The translations under genes and the position numbers were made by a program. This document shows, piece after piece, positions 56,743 to 64,000 of a DNA stretch of 64,000 bases (positions are counted from its first letter, which is position 1; the number at the start of each line of letters is the position of its first letter). The notes under the pieces were generated by a model that made no database searches, was not told where the DNA came from, and saw nothing but the letters and a program-made list of their open reading frames with translations. Source of the stretch: the human T2T-CHM13v2.0 reference genome, Homo sapiens; the NCBI RefSeq assembly GCF_009914755.1, contig NC_060930.1. One strand, given 5' to 3'.

Positions 56743-57127
56743 TGTATTAGTCTATTTTCACACTGCTGATAAAGACATATCCAAGACTGGGCAATTTACA
56801 AAAGAAAGAGGTTTAATTGGACTTACAGTTCCACATGGCTGTGGAAGCCTCACAATCAAGGCAGAAGACAAGGAGGAGGAAGTCATGTCTTATACGGATG
56901 GCAGCAGGCAAAGAGAGAGAACTTGTGCAGGGCAACTCCTCTTTTCAAAACCATCAGATCTTGTGAGACTTGTTCACTATCATGAGAACACCATGGGAAA
57001 GACTTGCCCCTATGATTCAATTACCTCTCACCAGGTCCCTCCCACAACACATGGGAATTCAAGATGAGATTTGGGTGGGGACACAAAAGATGAGATTTGG
57101 GTGGGTGATATGGTGGGGACCATAACA
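56743..57127 (-). mobile_element. THE1 (THE1C-like) solo LTR
   Basis: tgtattagtctattttcacactgctgataaagac...; 5-bp TSD ccagg at 56738-56742 and 57128-57132. Confidence 0.93.
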
Positions 57128-60100
57128 CCAGGCAAACTCCCCCGGGCAACCACCCCAAACCTGTCTGAGTACTCCATCTGGTTCTCCATTTCCCTGGGAG
57201 GGAGTAACCAGAAGTAACCAACAGGCCCACTAGGATAGCTTGCTGCCACCACTGGACCCCTACTGCTCTCAGGCTGGGGAGAGAGCAAAGAGCCTGAGAA
57301 CTGTCCCAGGCCTCTGTACAGAAAAGCCCCAGGGCTGTTTTCCACTTGGGTCCTTGTCCCTGCTACTCCTCACTCGACAGGAGGGATGGCCTACTCCTGC
57401 CTGCCCTACCCCTGCCTGATGACTTCAGTGGTGGTGGCCTTGCATTTCTTTGGGGTGGAACTCCTAGAGCCAACCAACAGGCTCTCTGGCATTGCTGCCA
57501 CAGCAGTACCTGCCCTTGCTGCCATCAGGCTAGTGAGGAAACAAAGACCCTGATTCCCTGATTGCTTTGCTGGCACCCCCAGTAGCCACAGCCACCCTAT
57601 GAGTTGAAGCCCAGCCTGTCCTCCCCACAAACTGCTGCCGCCCTGCTCCTCACCAAGCAAGCCTTTCCAACTTCCTCCATGGGCCCACAACCTAGCTGTT
57701 CCACCCTCAGCTGAATATTCCTATTGGCAATGGCTTTGTGCATCTCTTCGGTGGTGCTTTCAGAGGCAACTAATAGCCCTTCTGCCACTGTCTGGTGCTG
57801 TGCCTGCTCTTGTTCACCTCAGGCTGGGAAAGGAGCAAAAAGTCTCTGCTTTACTTACACCTACAGCACGCAACAGCCACCCTATAGAGAGGAGGCCAGA
57901 TTGTCTTTCCTGAGAGCCCCTCCACTCTTCCCCCTGCTCTTTTTCAGGCAGAGCCAGTTCAGCTTGGGCCAGCAGGTAGCCACCCCACCTCCAGCTGATC
58001 ATTCCAATTGGCAGCAGCTCTGTGTTCCTCTAGGGTGCAGCTCCCAAAGACAAGTGAAAGGCACTCTGTAATTGTTACTGCCAAGGCCCTTGCCTCCGCT
58101 TCCCCCAAGCTGGGGAGGGAATAAAAAGCCTGGCTTTGCCCCAGGGCTACAGTGCACAGCTCAGGAGTGTCAAGGTAAGATCTGTGGTCAGCACGCGACT
58201 AAGAGAAGCCTACACTCTTAGAGGGGTAGATTGCTTGGGTTTGGGTGTGTGCCATGGGAGTGGGGTGTGCCTCCCTCTCCAGGGTTGGCCTGGAAAAGGT
58301 GAGACCTATTTCCTTGATGTGGTGTCTGCCCCAGAGAACCCCACATCCTGGAACACCTAACAAAAGAAACATGGGTGCAGTGCTAGTGATAGAAGTGGGC
58401 TCCCCTGAAGTGCAAGAGTGGATCTTGTAAGGGGGTCACCACTCTCTGCCTGTCACCACAGAGCACGGCTGCAAACATGAGGAAATACAGAGGAGCAGTG
58501 TGGATATGTAAGAGCCTATCCACCAACCATTACTCTTAAGAACCATATAATGGATCACAGCCCAAATGACAACACTGAAAATATTTTTCTGATATACAGT
58601 CTTGTGAAACCAAGGGCAAGAAGTCAGCCACAAATAAAGACACTGCACAGATCCTTGGTCCTCTGAAAACATCCAGAAATAAAGCCAACTGACTATACCC
58701 ATATTACACCACAGTTAAATGAACACCATTCCTCGCATATGAGAAAGAGCCAGTACAACTGTGGCAATGAAAAATTTCGGTGTCCTCTTACCTTCAAATG
58801 AGTCCACTAACTTCTCAGTACTGCTTCTTAAACAGTCAGAAATGACCAAACTGAGAGACATAGAATTCATAATCTGGATGGTAGGGAAAACCATCGAGGC
58901 TCAGGAGAAAGTTGAAATCCCAAATCTAGGAAAATTGTTCAAGAGCTGAAAGATGAAATACTCATCTTAAGAAAGAACCAAGCTGATCTTCCAGAGCTAA
59001 AAAAGTCATCACAAGAATGTCAGAATGCAATCGGAAGTATTTACAACATAACAGACCAAGTGCGAGGAAATAATCTCTGAGCTTGAAGACCAATAATTCA
59101 AATCAACTCAAAAAAAAAAGAAAAAATTATTTTAAAAAATGATCAAAAACTCTGAGAAATATGGGATTATGTAAAGAGACCAAATCTACAACTCATTACA
59201 TTCCTGAGAGAGGAGAGAGAATAAATAACATGGAAAATATATCTGAAGATATTGTCCATGAAAATTTCTCTAATGTCACTAGAGATGTTGACATATAAAT
59301 TCAAGAAATACCAAAAACCCTGGTGAGATACTATGAAAGACAACTATCCTCAAGGCACATAGTCATTAGATTAATCGAGGTCAACACAAAAGGAAAACAT
59401 CTTAAAGGCAGCTAGAGTTAAGGGTCATGTACAGAGGGAACACTATCAGGTTAGCAGCACACCTCTCAGCAGATACACTGCAAGCCAGAAGAAACTGGGG
59501 GCTGATTTTCAGCACCATTAAAGAAAAGAAATTCCAACCAATAATTCATATCCTGCCAAACTAAACTTCGTAAGTGAAGGAGAAACAAAATTGACAAGCA
59601 AATCCTGAGGGAATATATTTCAACTATGCCAGCTTTAAAAGAGATCTTTAAGGAAGTGCTAAACATGGAACTAAAACAATGACACTTGCTACCATAATGA
59701 CACATTTAAGCACATAGCCCACAAGCACTATAAAGCAATCACAAAATCGTCTATTTAACAACCAGCTAACAACATAACGGGGTCAGAATCTCACATATAA
59801 ATGTGAATCCCAAATGTAATGGGTTAACACCCCATTTAAAAAACAAAGTGGCAATTTGGATAAAAATCCATGATCCAACCCGCTGATGTCTTCAAGAGAC
59901 CCATCTCACTGTAAGGAGACCTTCAGGCTTAAAGTAAAGGGATAGAGTAAGATCTACCACACAAATGGAAAACTTAAAAAGAGGAGTTGCCACTCTCATA
60001 CAAGATAAAATGGACTTTAAATCAATATTAAGAAGGATATTACATAATGATAAATGATACAATCAAAAAAGAAGACTTAACTATTTTAAATATATATGTA

Positions 60101-62574
60101 CCAAACATTGGAGCACTCGGATTCATAAAACAAGTTCTTCTTGGCATACAAAATGACTTTGATAACCACAAAATAATAGTGGGAGACCTCAGTACCTCAC
60201 TACGGTGTTAGATCAATCATTGAGGCAGAAAACTGATAAATAAATTCTGAATTTAAACTCGACACTTAACCAATTGAACCTAATAGGCATATATGGAAAA
60301 TCCCACCCAACAACTAGAGAATATTCATTATTGTAAACTATGCATAGAACATATGCTAAAATTGACCAGATTCTCAGTCATAAAGCAAGTCTCAATGAAT
60401 CCAAAAAAATTTGAAATCATGCCAAGCATACTCTTGGACCACAGTGCAATAAAAATAGAAATTACTATCAAGAGGATCTCTCAAACTGCACAAATTCATG
60501 GAAATTAAACAACTTGCTCCTGAATAACTCGTGGCTGAACATCTAAATTAAGGCAGAAATTAAAAATATATATTTGAAATTAATGAAAATAGGGATACAA
60601 GCAACCAAAATCTCTGGGATACAGATAAAGCAGTGTTAAGAGGAAAGTTTATAATGCTAAATGCCTTCATCGAAAAATTAGAAAGATCTCAAGTTAATAA
60701 TCTAACTTTGCACCTACAGGAACCAGAAAAAAAATCCAAAGCTAGCAGAAGAAAAGAAATAACTAAAAGTAGAAAAGAGCTTAATGAAATTGATATGTGA
60801 ACAGTCATACTAAGGATTAATGAAACCAAGAGTTTCTTTTTTGAAAAAATAAATAAGATCAAAGACTGTTAGCTATATTAACAAAGAAAAAAATAGGAGA
60901 AGATCCAGGTAAGTACAACCAAAAATGACAAATATGACATTACAACCAGTCTCACAGAAATACAAAAGATCCTCAGAGAATACTATGAACAACTGGATGC
61001 ACACAAATTAGAAAATCTAGGAAAAAAAAGGATGAATTTTTGGAAACACACAATCTCACAATGAATCAGGAAGGGACTGAAACCCCGAACAGACCAATAT
61101 CAAGCTCTGAAATTAAATCAGTAAGAAAAACCTACCAACCAAAAAATTCCCTAGACCAGATGGATTATCAGCTGAATTCTACTAGACATGCAAAGAAAAA
61201 CTAGTATCAATCCTACTGAAACTATTCCAAAAAATTGAGGAGGTGGGGCTCCTGCCCAGCTCATTCTATAAAGCCAGTATCAGCCTAATGCCAAGATCTG
61301 GCAGAGACACAGCAACAATGAAAAAGAAAAAGAAAAAGAAAACTTCAGGCCAATAGCCCTGATAAACATAGACACAAAAATTTTTAAGAAAATACTATCA
61401 AACTGAATTCAGTACCACATCAAAAACTTAACACACGATGATCAAGTGGGCTTTATTTCTGGGATGGGTATGTAAGGCTGGTTCAACATACACAAATCAA
61501 TAATGTGATTAACCACATAAGCAGAATTAAGAACAACAACTATATAATCATCTCAGTAGATGCAAAGAAAGGTTTCAATACAATCCAGCATTCCTTATGA
61601 TAAAAACCTCAGATGAGGCATTGAAGGAACATATCTCAATATAATAAGAGTCATCTATGAAAAACCCATAGCCAACATAATACTGAATTGAATGGGCAAC
61701 AATTGGAAACTTTCCCCTGAGAACCAGCACAAAACAAGGATGCTGACTCTCACCACTCTTTTTCAATGTATTATGGGAAGGCTTAGCCAGAGAAATTAGG
61801 GAAGAGAAATAAATAAAAGGCATTCAGATAGGAACATAAGAAGTCAAACTATCTCTCTTCACTGATAATATGATCCTATACCTAAAAAGTCCTAAAGACT
61901 CTACAAACGACTACTAGAAGTATAACATCCAGGCTTATAATAAAATCAAGAACACAATATCACTTTAAATAGCCACAAATAAATGAAATATCTAGGAATA
62001 CAGCTAATCAGGGAGGTGATAGATCTCTATATGGAGTACCACAAAACACTGCTGAAAGAAATCAGAGATGACACAAATAAATGAAAAAACATCCCATGCT
62101 CATGGATTGGAAGAATCAATATCATTAAAACAGCCATACTGTCCAAAGTTATTTACACATTCAATGCGATTTCTACAAAACTATCAATGCCATTTTTCAC
62201 AGAATTAGAAAAAGCTATTGTAAAATTCATATGGAACCAAAAGAGAACCCAAATAGCCAAAGCAATCCTAAGCAAAAAGAGCAAAGCCAGGGGCATCACA
62301 CTACTCAACTTCAAAATATACTGTAAGGCCACAGTAACCGAAACAGTTTGTACAAAAACATACTCACAGATCAATGGGACAAAATAGAAAACTCAGAAAT
62401 AAAGCCTCACAATTATAATCATCTGAAATTCAACAAGGCTGACAGAAACAGGCAATGAGGACAGATTCCCTATTCAATAAGTGGTGCTAGGATAACTGGC
62501 TAGCCATGTGCAGGTGAATGAAATTAGATCAGTACCATTCACCATATGAAAAAATTAACCAAATGGATTAAATA

Positions 62575-62884
62575 TTTTATTTATTTATTTATTTATTTTG
62601 AGATGAAGTCTTGCTCTGCCATCCAGGCTGGAGTGCAGTGGTGCAATCTTGGCTCACTGAAACTTCCACGTTCCAGGTTCAAGTGATTCTCCTGTCTCAG
62701 CCTCCTGAATAGCTGGGATTACAGGCATCTACCACCAAACCCAGTTAATTTTTGATATTTTTTTAGTAGAGACAGGGTTTCATCATGTTGGCCAGGCTGG
62801 TCTCCAACTCCTGACCTCAGTTGATCCACCCTGCTCGGCCTCCAAAACTGTTGGGATTACAGGCGTGAGGTGACATGCCCGGCC
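62575..62884 (-). mobile_element. AluS inserted in the old L1
   Basis: (TTTA)n tail and a full Alu ending atgcccggcc; degenerate TSD caa(a/g)tgga..aaatatt. Confidence 0.93.
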
Positions 62885-63599
62885 ACAAGTGGAAGAAATA
62901 TTTAAATGTAAGACCTAAAATTACAAAAATCCTTGAAGACAACCTTGAAATATACTTTTGGTTTGACCTTGGCAAAGATTTTTTGGCTAAGTCCCCAAAA
63001 GCAATTGCAACAAAAACAAAAATTGGACCTAATTTAATTAAAGAGCTTCTGCACAGAAAAAGAAAATATCAATAGAATAAACAAACAACCTATAGAATGG
63101 GAGAAAATTTTCACAAACTATGTATCTGACAAATGTTTAATATCCAGAATCTATAAGGAACTTAAGCAAATCAACAAGCCAAAAACAAATAAGCCTATTA
63201 AGAAATGGGTAGAAGACATGAAGAGACGCTTCTCAAAAGAAAACATACAAGAGGCCAATAAATATAAAAAATGCTCAGCATCAATAATCATCAGAGAAAT
63301 GAAAATCAAAACCACACTGAGATACCACCTCACACTAGTCAAATGGCTGTCATTAAAAAAATATATAAAAACAACACATACTGGTGAGGCTGAAGAGAAA
63401 AGGGAATACTTATACGTTCTTGGTGGGCATGTAAATTAATTCAGCCACTCTGGAAATCAGTTTGGAGATTTCTCAAACAACCTAAAACAGAGCTACTATA
63501 ACATTCAACCCAGCAATCCCATTACTGGGTAGACTTTCAAAGGAAAATATATCAATATGGGAAAAAAGATACATGCGGTGGGGTGTGGTTGGGGTGGGG

Positions 63600-64000
63600 T
63601 CGGGGGAGACAGGGGTACCAAGAAAGCCAACTAGAAGCAACTAGTATGTGCAACTCTCACAGAGAGGGTGTGAGTAAATATAGCACTTTCAACTAAAGTG
63701 GAACAGAACTGTGAGTAAATATAGCACTTTCAACTAAAGTGGAACAGAACTGTGAATAAATATAGCACTTTCAACTAAAACATCTAGGTACATGCATGGG
63801 GACTAATCAAGGAAACAACTCAACCTATGGAGAATGGAGAAAAGCAAGGCAAGACAATGGTCCACCTGGGAGTGACATGAAGCCGGGGGAACCTCCTCCA
63901 TCCAAGTAAGTGGCGAGTGAATCTGCGACCTGAGAACCCGTGCTTCTTCCACAGATCTTTGCAATCCTCAGGTCAGGAGATCTGCTCATGAACCCTCTCC
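63600..64000 (+). mobile_element. 5' end of a second old L1PA-type element (runs off the window)
   Basis: ccaagaaagccaactagaagca...ctctcacagagagg...gtgagtaaa...cacagatctttgcaatcc parallels the 5' UTR at 56223-56520. Confidence 0.75.
63669..63779. repeat. 41-bp tandem repeat, 2.7 copies
   Basis: tgtgagtaaatatagcactttcaactaaagtggaacagaac starting at 63669, 63710 and 63751. Confidence 0.95.

Larger units (their letters stand above)
56223..63575 (+). mobile_element. Near full-length old primate L1 (L1PA15/16-like), heavily degenerate
   Basis: 5' end agatggctggctagaagca; long GC-rich 5' UTR; ORF1 remnant from about 58739; ORF2 remnants ([18 protein letters not shown] at 62187; [11 protein letters not shown] at ~63300). 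Confidence 0.85.

Noticed and set aside
56579-57067. 162-aa ORF
   Set aside because: Chance frame running from an L1 5' UTR into an antisense THE1 LTR; no splice or domain support.
63669-63779. 41-bp repeats with a palindrome as a CRISPR-like array
   Set aside because: Units are head-to-tail with no unique spacers, there are no cas genes, and the context is eukaryotic.

Overview
Primate (almost certainly human) genomic DNA covering the 5' end and about 59 kb of upstream flank of KHDRBS2 (SLM-1, a STAR-family KH RNA-binding protein; human 6q11 from recall). The only host coding sequence is the 91-nt first coding exon on the minus strand (4752-4842, [30 protein letters not shown]). It is too short for the supplied ORF track and lies in a CpG-island promoter with paired GC/CCAAT boxes. 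Bases 1-4751 are intron 1. The rest is AT-rich, repeat-dense intergenic DNA: a full-length but inactivated L1PA3/4 (30934-37132) inside an MLT1A LTR, an inverted 1.2-kb L1PA3/4 3' fragment, a nested MLT2B/old-L1PA/THE1/Alu/L1 stack, older L1M, L2, MIR and MLT fragments, several Alus and microsatellites. Every long ORF in the track is L1/Alu/LTR-derived or a GC-rich artefact. I cannot support a new protein-coding system here. The best leads are an in-frame uORF in the KHDRBS2 leader, a ~325-bp non-repeat duplication with a sharp identity gradient, an inverted L1 pair sharing non-consensus variants, templated-insertion scars (one removes the L1 ORF1 start), and a ZNF93-site-retaining L1 whose antisense promoter faces KHDRBS2. 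Repeat subfamily calls and old-repeat boundaries are by eye from remembered consensus sequences and are approximate.
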